From assembly GCF_006345805.1 (NCBI RefSeq), contig NC_042999.1, forward strand, positions 75,640,001-75,704,000: 64,000 bases of DNA. The letters run 5' to 3'. The notes under the pieces were generated by a model, which was not told where the DNA came from, did no database searches, and worked only from the letters and a program-made list of their open reading frames with translations. The position numbers were made by a program, and so were the translations under genes. This stretch comes from Octopus sinensis (Eukaryota). Of this stretch, positions 1 to 11,704 are shown in pieces; the stretch's first letter is position 1; each line of letters opens with the position of its first letter.

Positions 1-470
1 TACAATATAACTTAGAGCAGCATGAAAAAGGCAAACCCATCAAAAGCATATAATACCATTTCTAGTAACACAATCCGAATCGCCAAAACATTTTTAACAT
101 CATCAAAACAAATTTGCCAATCATAAAATAAAGTGAAAAATTAAAAGACATAATGACTAATCAAACTCTTATCTTAAGCAAAAGGCAACCACATAACCTA
201 AAGAAACTATTAACAAAGGCAAAATTCAGCATGAACAAACGGGATAACACATTAACAGTATCCAAGTGTAATGATAACAGCTGTGGTAGATCCATTAGAA
301 CAAAAAATGGACAGACTTTCGCAAATGCAGATATGAAGTGCAAAAGCAGAAATTTGATCTCCACAAACTACATGACGCAAGTGTGGTTGGAAGAAAGATA
401 AAAAAAAAACGATATATTAAAATGTTTAAACCTGTTCTGAATTGAAATAACAGCAATAATATAACAACCA
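1..470 (+). mobile_element. Penelope-like element relic (RT-EN linker, start of GIY-YIG region, ORF C-terminus; internally deleted)
   Basis: Translation IPFLVTHNPNRQNIFNIIKTNLPII*...SKRQPHNLKKLLTKAKF...VSKCNDNSC parallels the PLE at 2480-3200 (LPYISTYNPRNKEAFTIITQNLPIL...KQPKSLKKILTKAKL...VKKCGRPNC). It ends in RYIKMFKPVLN*, and the GIY-YIG core is missing. Confidence 0.8.
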
Positions 471-635
471 GTTAATGATGTGGATTAAATAAATATAAGT
501 TACAGAATATTGGTACTCCTGGAAAAACCGTGATGTTTAAGAGCATGCGGATTGATCAAAATGGTATTCTAAAAATTCAGTTTGTTGGAGTGTTCTAGAG
601 AGGTACTAATGTTGCCAAGAACTCAACTGTCAGTT

Positions 636-874
636 GAGGCTGCGAGCTAGCAGAAACGTTAGCACGCCGGGCGAAATACTTAGCAGTATTTCGTCTGTTT
701 TTACGTTCTGAGTTCAAATCCCGCCGAGGTCGACTTTGCTTTTCATCCGTTCGGGGTCGATTAAATAAGTATCAGTTATGCACTGGGGTCGATATATTCG
801 ACTTAATCCGTTTGCCTGTCCTTATTTGTCCCCTCTGTGTGTAGCTCCTTGTGGGCAGTAAAGAAAAAAGAAAT
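636..874 (+). mobile_element. tRNA-derived SINE (family B), full length, 19-bp target-site duplication
   Basis: A-box-like tagcagaaacg and B-box gttcaaatc, central ggggtcgat...tcgact domain, A-rich tail. Flanked by aagaactcaact[g/a]tcagtt at 617-635 and 875-893. Confidence 0.85.
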
Positions 875-978
875 AAGAACTCAACTATCAGTTAAACATA
901 TTTGAAATCTGATGAGTAGATTATGTATGAAAATACCATAATAAAAATGTTAAAAATGTTAAATTTATTCAACTGATG

Positions 979-1032
<54 letters not shown>

Positions 1033-1040
<8 letters not shown>

Positions 1041-1434
1041 ATTTAGGAATGGTAATTTTGCCAGTTTAGCCAGTAAAAACACACGCACTATATATTTGGT
1101 GTTACTTTGCTTCAGCGTTATTTATTTTTTACATTAATCTTAATCTTATTTCGGCCAGAGTTCTTTCGTAACACTCCTGTGACCTCATCAGTGGTCCTTT
1201 GTTTTCTTCTTTCTTATTTGTGTGTCTCTCCTTACTAACGGTCAGCCATTTTGTATTTTGTATTCCTGTTGTATGCGTCTTCATTTGTGCATGTGTATAC
1301 CTCTATGTGTGTCTATGTTTAGTTAGTGTGTGTGTGTGGGGGGGAAGTACCTGTAATATTTGTATCTCCTGTTTATATACGTTCGTGTAATTTGTTTCTG
1401 TTTATTTTTATTTTGTTCATGTGTTTACACCTAC

Positions 1435-1440
<6 letters not shown>
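1033..1440 (-). mobile_element. Non-autonomous PLE-type terminal-repeat fragment with partial hammerhead core
   Basis: Minus strand 1197-1149 reads ggacca-CTGATGA-ggtc...ggcc-GAAA. Its right part is repeated in inverted form at 1559-1691. Confidence 0.5.
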
Positions 1441-1533
<93 letters not shown>

Positions 1534-1691
1534 GTATAATATGATAATAATAATAATAATAATAAGTAGATGTAAACACATGAACAAAATAAAAATAAAG
1601 AAAAACAAAAACAAATTACACGAACGTATATAAACAGATGCAAATATTACAGGCACTTCCCCCCACACACACTCTAACTAAACAGACACAC
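1306..1691. repeat. Inverted repeat, ~135-bp arms (1306-1440 / 1559-1691) around (ATT)n/(ATA)n tracts
   Basis: Arms are reverse complements at roughly 90% identity, also visible as paired ORFs GEVPVIF...SCNLFL on both strands. Confidence 0.9.
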
Positions 1692-1896
1692 AAAGAGCTA
1701 TTCTAATGACCACTAAATAAGGTAAGTGGTAAAAAAATTCATAGTATTCGCGTAAGCGCTCCTGTTCATACCTACACATGTGCGCTCGCACACGCACGTC
1801 ATTAATGGTCATTAGAATAGCTCTTTTGACTTAATAACGGTCAATAACAGTAATTTCCCTTTGTATAACGGTCATTTTTCATAGCATTTTTCCGAT

Positions 1897-1968
1897 GGCC
1901 GGATAACTGAAGAGATGGCGGCGTGAATTTCCACCTCGGCATTCGAAACTCGGAGTTTTATCTTGGCT
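1897..1968 (+). ncRNA. Type I hammerhead ribozyme motif (PLE-type, palindromic stem III)
   Basis: Stem I ggccggataa/ttatc-t-tggct; core CTGAAGA 1907-1913; irregular stem II gatg...cattc; GAAA 1945-1948; stem III ACTC-G-GAGT; predicted cleavage after 1957 (GUU). Confidence 0.75.
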
Positions 1969-2060
1969 ACCGAATAATTGTCACATATTACATTTACAGA
2001 TAATTTCCTCTATTTACATAATACCGAGGTCTCTTTCTTTTGTTATCTTACCGTTTTTAT

Positions 2061-2177
<117 letters not shown>

Positions 2178-2199
2178 GAAAGTTGGTTTGTGAAAGCAC

Positions 2200-3200
2200 G
2201 TGGTTGAATATATAGAAAATAGTAAAAAGTGAAAAAACTACAGAAGGTTTGTTTTAAAAGGTTAAAAAATATATATTTGAGTCAATATGTCTGAAGAATA
2301 TTATAAATTTTTTTCTTACAATGACATAGTTTAGAAGAAAGACCGGTTTCACGTTTAGCTTTTCAAATTTCTTACGTCGTTATGTTTATGTTGAGAAGAG
2401 TTATCGTTATGTTTATGTTGAAAAGAGTTCTAGATAAGGGGAGGTAATAAGTGATTTCTTCCGGTGTAAGGGAGATAATCGCTTAAAATTTTTTGCCTTT
2501 CCTTTGGGGTGAATTTCTCTGTATAAGTATGTTGGAATTGTTAACTCTGGGCTTGTACTTTTCAATGAAGAATGTTTCCTTGTTTAGTCTAATTTGTGTT
2601 GATGATCAGATAGCACATTGGTAAAATGGAAAGATTAAAAATTGTGGTAGTAGTTGCTTTGCGCATTTCTCAATGTGCTCACTAAAAGGTATCATTCTGT
2701 ATTCTGGGAATGCAATCTGTTGTCGATGCAGTGTGCATCTACGTCTGAGTGATAGTCCCGTGGATCCCACGTAGTCTTGGTGGCAGCCCGAGCATTTTAT
2801 GACATAAATTATGTTTTCAGAGGCACAAGTAAAATTAGATTTGATCTTGAATTTCTGTCCCTCTTTGAAGAGGAATTCTGATCCTTCTAGCAGGTTTGGA
2901 CATGTTGCACAGTTCGGTCTACCACATTTTTTTACTTTTGCATCCGTAATTTCAGAAAACAATTTTGCCTTTGTGAGAATCTTTTTAAGTGATTTAGGTT
3001 GTTTGTAGCTTTTAATGATTTGGTGTATGTTTAGAATTTCCTTTAATTTGGGGTCCTTATGAAGTATTGGTAAATTCTGGGTGATGATGGTGAAGGCTTC
3101 TTTGTTTCTGGGGTTGTATGTAGATATGTAAGGTAGTATTTTCGGGGAAGGTGTGTTGTTGTGTTGAACTTTTCTTAAAGTTTCTATGTTGATTTCTGTT
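2200..3200 (-). mobile_element. Penelope-like retroelement 3' part: linker, GIY-YIG endonuclease and 3' UTR (pseudogene, in-frame stop)
   Basis: KCGRPNCATC...NIIYVIKCSGCHQDYVGSTGLSLRRRCTLHRQQI...SEHIEKC...FPFY, then TGA, then SSTQIRLNKETFFIEKYKPRVN. The 3' UTR has a 27-bp tandem duplication near 2378-2430. Confidence 0.92.
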
Positions 3201-3205
3201 TATAT

Positions 3206-3502
3206 CCATTCTTGGATATACTAATTAAAAAAATTAACCTTAAAATAGAAACAGACATTTTTTACAAAGCTACAGACGCCAAACAATACCTTCTTTTTAA
3301 TTCATGCCACCCAAGACACACTAAAACAAACATCCCCTTCAACCTTGCAAGAAGGATATGCACAATAGTGTCAGAACAAAATACCAGGAACTTTAGACTG
3401 CAAGAACTCAAAAACACCCTAATTGACAGACATTACCCAGCTCAACTCATAGAGGATGGGATCAGACGTGCAACAGAAATCAACATAGAAACTTTAAGAA
3501 AA
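3206..3502 (+). mobile_element. Inverted 5' segment of the same PLE (RT C-terminus/thumb)
   Basis: PFLDILIKK...TDIFYKATDAKQYLLFNSCHPRHTKTNIPFNLARRICTIVS. The last 31 bp (3472-3502) are identical to the first 31 bp of the minus-strand segment (3200-3170). Confidence 0.92.
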
Positions 3503-3508
3503 ACCCTA

Positions 3509-3945
3509 GCTTGACAACCTGTGTTGGTGTATTTACGCCCACATAACTTAGCGGTTCGGCAAAAAAGGACCGATAGAGTAAGTGCTAAGCTTACAAAGAA
3601 TAAGCCCTGGGGTCGATTTGTGCGACTAAAGACGGTGTTCCAGCATGGCCGCAGTCAAAATGACTGAAACAAGTAAAAGATTAAGAGAATAAAAGAATAT
3701 ATATATATATACATATGTATGAATGTATGTATGTCTGTGTTTGTTCCCCCATTCCACCGCTTGAAAACTGGTGTTGGTGTGTTTATGCCCCTGTAACTTA
3801 ACAGTTCGGCAAAAGTGATCGATAGAATCAGTACCAGGCTTAGAAAAAAGTACTGGGGTCAATACATTCGACTATAGATCCTTTAAGGCGGTGCCCCAGT
3901 ATGAACGGTGTCTAATGACCGAAACAATTAAAAGATAAAAGATGA
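3509..3945 (+). mobile_element. Two tandem 3' halves of SINE family A (3509-3695, 3735-3945)
   Basis: gcttgacaacc...gtaacttagcggttcggcaaaa...ctggggtcgatt...cagcatggccgcagtc...gactgaaacaagtaaaag, matching the full copy at 27027-27456. Confidence 0.85.
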
Positions 3946-3975
3946 TTATATATATATATATATATATTTTTATAT

Positions 3976-4030
<55 letters not shown>

Positions 4031-4284
4031 GAGTGAGAGAGAGAAAGAGTGAGAGAAAAATATATTGCGATCGACAGACAGACAGACAGACAGATTGATA
4101 GATAGATTTACATGTACATAATGTGTATAAGTGCCTTAGTCAATGATAATTTCAGAGTAGAAAAGACGAGCGGGCAAGGTGAATAGATTCTTGGCCTACG
4201 TGTCAAGAGTCCTTACTTTTGTTATGGCTTTTACCTAACTTTGTGTATTTGAGATTTAATATGTGGTGTGTGTGTGTGTACATG

Positions 4285-4315
<31 letters not shown>

Positions 4316-4740
4316 GTATATTAGTCCCTGCATTTGTGCGGAATCAGTATTGTTGGTAATTCTATGACACTGCATGCCAATTTTTTTCACGTCCAAAGAG
4401 TTATCTTACGTTTAAAATGTAAAACTATGGGGTGGAAAAGGGACAAAGAACAACGAAAAAGTGACAAACAGTCCATCGTCCCCAAAGCAGAAAACAAACT
4501 AAGTGACAAACAAATAAACAGGCTAATAAGTTTGTGTCACCTTTCTAGAATAACAATAAAACAACAACAACAATAATAATAACAGAACAAATGGTTTTAC
4601 AATAAGTGAAATAAGAGGCGGGAAACAAGCATAATAAAAGATATACTCCCTTTTCTGTTTTGCATTTATTTGCGCAAGGATGGCAAAACATTAACTAATG
4701 ACTGTGCGTCTGTGTGTCAAAAATAAACTAATGAGAATGA

Positions 4741-4743
4741 ATG

Positions 4744-4798
<55 letters not shown>

Positions 4799-5014
4799 CC
4801 AAGAAAATGCGTGAGGGTGCATGTCTTGTTGTGAGAGGGAGAGAGAAAGAGACAGATGTATGTATGCATATATGTATGTGTGTGTGTGTATATAATATAT
4901 ATATATATATATATACACATATATATAAATATATATATATACATACATACATACATATATGTATATATATATATATGTATGTATGTATCTATGTGTATAT
5001 ATATATATATGTAC

Positions 5015-5048
<34 letters not shown>

Positions 5049-5260
5049 GTATGTACACATGCACACACACACACACAAAATATGTATATATACATGAAGA
5101 GAGAGAGAGAGAGAGGAGACAGATTATCGTCTCTTGCAATCCACGCATACAAACATACAGACAGACAGATAGATAAGCAAACACATACACACACATACGT
5201 TTGTATGTACGTATATATGTACGTATGTATGTATATGCATGTGTATATATGAGCGAGGGA
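4741..5260. repeat. Compound microsatellite block (AG, TA, TACA)
   Basis: Directly visible dinucleotide and tetranucleotide arrays. Confidence 0.95.
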
Positions 5261-5929
5261 GAAAGAGAGAGTGAACGAGTGTCTAGATTCAATGAATAGA
5301 TGAATATATGAATGAAAGTAAACGAACTGACAGGATGTGTCAGGTGACAAAACGAAGTTTTTATAGAAATGCCCGGTAGTTTGGGTGGTGAGAAAATAGA
5401 TTTGACGACTGCAAGGCTGTAACGATATATCATACAATTGACAGTACATTATCTGCTTAATAGACCAAGACATGTCTTAACCACTCTATTCTAAAAATCA
5501 GTAAACGACATAAGAAATGGTAATTGAAACCTAATACGTAAAACCAAACTGAATTGAAGATTTTGAGTAACTTCAATTGGAAGAAAAAAAAGTTGCTGAA
5601 GAAATGTCATTAGATTTTTAGCTTTTGCATTACATTCACTTGAGGAAGAAAATTTCCTCTTCTTTTACCATCTGTCCCCCCTCCCTTTCTCATCCCTTTC
5701 GCTTTCTTCTCCTCTCCCTCCCGTTTTTCTTCTTCTTCCTCACTTCGCTCCCTCCATTTTTTGAACTTCTTAATTTTCTCTCCTTTTACTTCTCCTCATC
5801 CTCTTCCTCCTCCTTCTTCTTCTCCTTCTGCTCTTCTTTTTCTTCATCTTCTGTTCATTCTCCTCCATTGTTCTTCTTCTGCTCATCCTCCTCCCATTGA
5901 TCTTCTCTTTCTGCTAATCCTCTTCCCAT

Positions 5930-5948
5930 TTTTGTTGTTGTTGTAGTT

Positions 5949-5979
<31 letters not shown>

Positions 5980-6343
5980 CTGTTGTTGTTGTTGTTGTTG
6001 TTCTTCTTCTTCTTCTTCTTCTTCTTCTTCTTCTTCTCTCCTTCCACCTCCTATTCTCTTTTTCCTTCTTTTTTCCTTATATTTCCCCTTCTTTTCTTTC
6101 CCTCCTCCCTTTCTCTTCTTCTTCTTCTTCTTCTTCTTCTTCTTCTTCTCCATTATCATCAATTATTTATTTGTTTATCTATTATATACATGATGTGGTC
6201 AGTTACTAATCAATGTCTGAATATTAAAAAAAAATCATGTCATTGACACGATAACATTTAATACCAAACAGATCGATTCCCGAAAGTTGTTTAACACACA
6301 TTGCTGTTGTTGTTGCTGCTGCTGCTGATGTTGTTGTTGCTGA

Positions 6344-6386
<43 letters not shown>

Positions 6387-6439
6387 GCTGCTGCTGCTGT
6401 TGCTGTTGTTGTTGCTGTTGTTGTGGTTGTTGTTGCCGT

Positions 6440-6470
<31 letters not shown>

Positions 6471-6502
6471 TTTGTTGTTGTTGCTGCTGCTGCTGCTGCT
6501 GC

Positions 6503-6545
<43 letters not shown>

Positions 6546-6546
6546 G
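5930..6546. repeat. Compound trinucleotide arrays (GTT/GCT/CTT)
   Basis: Directly visible; these generate the polyQ/polyL/polyT ORF artefacts. Confidence 0.95.
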
Positions 6547-6934
6547 ACATTGGTGTTTAATCCTCAATTCAGACAATAGCGAACAGATCTATGATCAAAA
6601 ACGTGTTCCGACGTGAGCATTATTTTATTCACGCATAATGTTTCTAATACTACAGAGGGAATGTAACTGAAGGATTAAATTATTCAATGCATCGCACTCT
6701 TTCTTCTGTTGTTATTGTGATTGTTACTATGGCTGGTTATCCATATTAACCGATTATTGGTGATAAAGTACTCGGTCATACCAGAACAATTTGATGTGGC
6801 TCTAATAGGTACATTCATAGTTCGAAAAATTTTCCGAGCTCAGTATTTCCTTTTACTCTTTCGGTAGTACTGCTCCGGATTTAATTTTTTCCCCCTATAT
6901 CTCTGTCTCTCTAAGTCAATATCGACTCACCTTC

Positions 6935-6970
<36 letters not shown>

Positions 6971-7162
6971 CGCTCTCTCTTTCTGTCTCTTTCTCTCTCT
7001 CTTCGAGTTACATTGCACAGTGAGAAGGATAATGAGGAACCACTCACTGCACCATTTTCTCCGGAAACGGAGAAGAATCGAGCGAGAAACTACCAACCTT
7101 TCCCGACAGTACTGCACATCAATCCATTCAATAACGGATCGATATGCAGTACAGCACGGGGA

Positions 7163-7226
<64 letters not shown>

Positions 7227-7462
7227 ATGTATAGCAGCGTACGTACAATTTGCTCTCTCTCTCACTATATATATATATATATCAGGAAGAAAGATCAAGT
7301 GAAAAAGAGACTTGGGTGACAGAGAAAGAAAAAATCGGCCGCAGTACTTCATCTCTACATTGTTTATCGACTTCAAGGATGAAAAGAAAAGTTGATATAG
7401 GAGAGATTTGAACTTAGAGCACAGTGAACCGGAACATATCTCGCATGGTACTCTCTCCATCA

Positions 7463-7680
7463 GGCGCGTGGTTTAGTTGTTAGAGTGTTGAACTCTAACA
7501 ATTGTAAGATTGTAGTTTCGATTCCTGGACCTGACGATGCGTTGTGTTTTTAAGCGAAAGCACTTCATTTCACATTGCTCGAGCCCGCTCAGCTGATAAA
7601 AATCTGAAATTCTGTGATGGAATAGCCTATCATCCAGGAGATATACGCCGCTGAATCCGGTAAACTAGCCTTATGCGCCT
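7463..7680 (+). mobile_element. tRNA-derived SINE (family C), degenerate
   Basis: gcgtggtttagttgttagagtg A-box region, gtttcgattcc B-box, followed by cacttcatttcacattgctc body. Confidence 0.7.
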
Positions 7681-7766
7681 ATCATTCTGGAAAGGCCATT
7701 GACCGATTGGCCTTTGATTCTCTCCAGCGCTGTAAAAAACTGTCATTCATAGCATATGAGTATATT

Positions 7767-7837
<71 letters not shown>

Positions 7838-7887
7838 AGATATATAAGTACTTACATAAAAACATTATATTGCATATAAATATGTGG

Positions 7888-8105
7888 AGACATGGCTTAG
7901 TGGCTAGGGCTATTTGGATCGTAAGATCGTAGGTTCGATGGTGCAAAACATTTTGGATCATGTTGAATCTCCCTAAGAACTACTATAAGGTTATGCATGT
8001 CTGTGGAATGCTCGGCCACTTGCATTAATTTCACGAGCAGGATGTTCCAATGATCGGATCAACTGGAACTCTCGTCGTCGTAACCGACGGGGTGCCAGTT
8101 GAAAA
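7888..8105 (+). mobile_element. tRNA-derived SINE (family D), internally deleted
   Basis: catggcttagtggctaggg...gtaggttcgat head; tail gatcggatcaactggaactctcgtcgtcgtaaccgacggggtgcc. Confidence 0.65.
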
Positions 8106-8582
8106 TAAATAAATATGTATGTGTGTGTGTGTTTGTGTGTGTGTTTGTGTGTGTCTGCATGTATGTGTGTAGAGAAGTTACCAAATACATGTACAAGCTA
8201 TGTTTAAATATATTTGTGTGGGGTGGGGTGTAGGAACTCTCTCATTTTAATATAAATACAGAAATTGATATGAAAAGATTGCGGTTATGATCTTCCAATA
8301 TTTTTTGACAATTCGTCGATTCATTGAGCAGGTGCTTTGAAATACATTTTAGAGACTACCTGTTAATGCAATATATAACAATTAATGTATAGGAACATAT
8401 TCCAACATAGATAACAGAAACTAAAACACATACATAAACGTACGTTTGTACAGATACATCTACACAGATACGAGTGAGTGTGTGTGTGTGTATGTATGTA
8501 TTTATTTGTGCGTGTGTGCGGGTGTATGTATACATAAACTTATATAAATATATGAATATTATATATATATATATATATATCT

Positions 8583-8613
<31 letters not shown>

Positions 8614-9249
8614 CAAATGTAATAAATATATATATATTATATATATATGTTTATATACATATATATTTATACACATATATATTTATACACAAATGTTTGT
8701 TGACAGTGAGTGGGCCAGCTAAGGCATCGATGGCTTAGGTAGCCCAAAATTCGAAGTCACTGTCAACTACATTATTGTATAAGAATAATAAATTTATTTT
8801 CTACAAAAGGGTAGAGTAACCCATCAAATTAATGCAAAATCGCTTTTATTATAACTGAACAAACATTAATACGTACACACGCACGCACTCACGCACACAC
8901 ACACACATACACACATACACACACATATATATGTATATACAAACATACACAGACAGACATGCATATACATATATAGACATGTACATGTATATATCACACA
9001 CACACACACTCTCTCTCTCTCTCTCTTCCCCATTTCTCTCACATACATATTTATATAAATCGTTTAATGGTATGAGTTATACATGAGCTACTTCATTAAA
9101 TTTCATACTCAGATTTTACAGTAATTAAGCGGGCATGTATATCGTATCGTACACGAGCTGGCAATCATTCAGGCTCAACTGACATGGCTATTCCATGAAA
9201 CAAAACTCTCTGACGAGAAAACGTTAAAGGTCCTTTTTTAAGAGAAAGT

Positions 9250-10050
9250 GCATAATGGTTAAATGAAGAATATTGTAAATGTTGAATGTTTACATCTGAA
9301 AAAAAAAAAACTATTCATAGTCGAATGTGTGCTAAAGTAAATTAAACTGTGTATAATCTGGTGAAGGTGTACGTCTTCCAGTTTGCTAATAAAATCTTGC
9401 CAAGATGCATACCTCTTGCAAATTTTTGATCTTGAGTTCAGGAGGTTGGTGCACTTCTTCAATCTAATAAGGAAGTTTTCTTTCAGCTATACATGGCTTG
9501 CACTTTTTTTTATCTGTTAACACATGACCTTAGTCTCTCACATAATAGATGCATGGTATACTGCTATCCTTCAGGATCCAGATATTGCTTCCTAACTTCA
9601 TGTTTTTCTTTTTGTCTACGAATTTGAAAGACGACTGATAGTTTACGTATCTCTTTCTAAAGTTAATTTCGTACACTGTAATATATATTTTTTCTTTCAG
9701 TTCCCTTATCTGGCAGAACGTATGTGACCTCAGCTTCATTGATGACTGAAATAACCATGTATGCCTTGTCTAGTGGGCAAATATCTGAATTACTGAGGTT
9801 GCAGTTTCGAGTGAGCATCTTGGTTGGCTTACGTTTAATGATGTTTTTTTTTTTTCTTACAAGAGCCGCAGTACTAAGAAACTTTAAACGAGCATCTATT
9901 TTCTTATATTATGACTATCGAGCTAGGAATATTTTTTCCATAGAAATTTTGTCAACTGACTTCAGTTAACTAAGAGTTGTCCACGGATTTTTCGCAGAAG
10001 ACGGAAAACTATTGGTAGGATGAATTCTCTTTTTCTCGCGAAGTTAGAAA
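9250..10050 (-). mobile_element. Degenerate PLE (Naiad/Neptune-like) GIY-YIG region
   Basis: RNCNLSNSDICPLDKA...KIYITVYEINFRKRYVNYQSSF...KLGSNIWILKDSSIP...NLLNSRSKICK resembles the CNC..CPL / KIYIG..FK.RY.NHKSSF / LSKYIW.LK / NLLNKRSE motif series. Broken by stops and frameshifts. Confidence 0.7.
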
Positions 10051-11113
10051 AAGAACTTCAATCTGTTTTTGTCAAATGAATCTCGAACACAGTTTTTGCT
10101 TTTTTTGTTTTTAATTTCAGTTCCGATTAGTTGTTCTCCCTGCTCTATAAATATACATATCTTCCTCTAACCCACCTTTTTCTCTTTTTCATCATGCTAT
10201 GACTTTCTGTTTTTTCATTCTCCTTCTCTCCAACTCTGCCACAATGTTTCTCTCCTTTACCACAATGTTTCTCTCGCCATTCAAACCGTAACATCCATAT
10301 TCATACACCGTTCACTTATATGGTTTTTGTTTCCGACCTCATAAAAAATGGCTTTCTACACTATGCTTTGATAACTACGATTAACTTTTGTCAGCGAACA
10401 GTTTACAATTTGCTGGCTAATGTCATTTCGTACTTACTACAGTTTCTCTCATTATCTTTTTCGTCGTTCTGGTGTACATTTCTTTGGCCTTAATTTTTTT
10501 TCACTGGTCATTGATCTTTATATTTTCTTATTCTTTCCTGTCTCTTCAACATTTTCTTCTCTCTCTTTTCCTTTCTCTCTCTCTCTTCTTTCTTTCTCTC
10601 TCTCTCGCTCTTCTCTCTTCTCTCTCTCTCTCCCTCTCTCTCTCTCTCACTCTTTCTTTCTCCCGTTAACTTCCATATAACTTTCTTTCTTTCACAGATT
10701 TTTTTATCCCTTCTGTCTTCTGCCATTGTATCTGAATGCCGTGTCAATGTCACATTCCAAACATTTTAAATGTTGAATGGACATTATGTTCGATTAAAGC
10801 CGAGAATCTTAGTAATTATAAGCATTATTTTGACCAAATACATTACACGCTTCTAACTTACAATGGAACTCTTATCGTATCGAAAAGTTTAACCGGAAAA
10901 TTTCAGTTTTAACTGCTTATTACAATCAATTCTATATATTATATACTTTTTTTTAATTAAATTTGCAAATTTATTTGTATACGTACGTTCATACATTTAT
11001 GTATGTATATATATGTTTTGTCTCTAATTAATATTATATAATATTTTACTATAAAATTGGATTCAATCCTAAATCTGATTTTTCCCTGTAAATTTGGATT
11101 TATTCCCTAATAT

Positions 11114-11144
<31 letters not shown>

Positions 11145-11288
11145 TAATATGTATATCATGCATTTATGTATATGCGTATATATATATATATATATATATA
11201 TAGATATATATATATATACATATTATATGTATAGATATCTGTGTTTCTGTGTATATGCATACACATATAATACTAAAAATGCTAAATA

Positions 11289-11704
11289 TCTATAATAATA
11301 AACGCTAAATTATGTCTGTCCGTCCATTTAGGGCCCCTGTATTTCAGTCTACATTTACTCTACATAGACATATTATACCCTTTTCGAATCAGGATGATGC
11401 CGGAATTTAAAATTTGCCCTTCATTTGGTTCTTGAACATCCAGCGTTGAAATCATTGAAAACGGGTCTGGATGAGGATTTGTTATATGCTAACAGTTGAA
11501 AATTCAAATTTTAAAAGAAGTCAAAAAATTTGTGAACTTACAAGCTTTTCATCTAAACTGAATTTAAAGTAATACCATATTGGTAGGGTACTAATACATG
11601 CTTTATTATTATTGCCGTCTTTAGTTTTGGACTGCAGTCCCAATTAGCCCTCTGCAGGAGGCTTTTAAGGAAGTTGTGCGGTTAGAGTGAAGCTTTTAAG
11701 CTAG
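11289..11704 (+). mobile_element. Possible non-autonomous Helitron-like element
   Basis: A|TCTATAATAATAAA...gtctgtccgtcc start and a CTAG|T at 11701-11705. No clear subterminal hairpin. Confidence 0.35.

Noticed and set aside
636-720. tRNA-like A/B boxes here and at 7463, 7888, 27027 and 47305
   Set aside because: No cloverleaf or acceptor stem; each continues into a multi-copy SINE body.
905-945. CTGATGA-gta...tat-GAAA hammerhead-like motif
   Set aside because: No stem III/NUH or stem I complement; at most a decayed relic.
7013-7170. Exon-like stretch after a pyrimidine tract (cag|TGAGAAG...EPLTAPFSPETEK)
   Set aside because: No recognisable protein motif, no convincing donor site and no partner exons; cannot be supported without RNA data.
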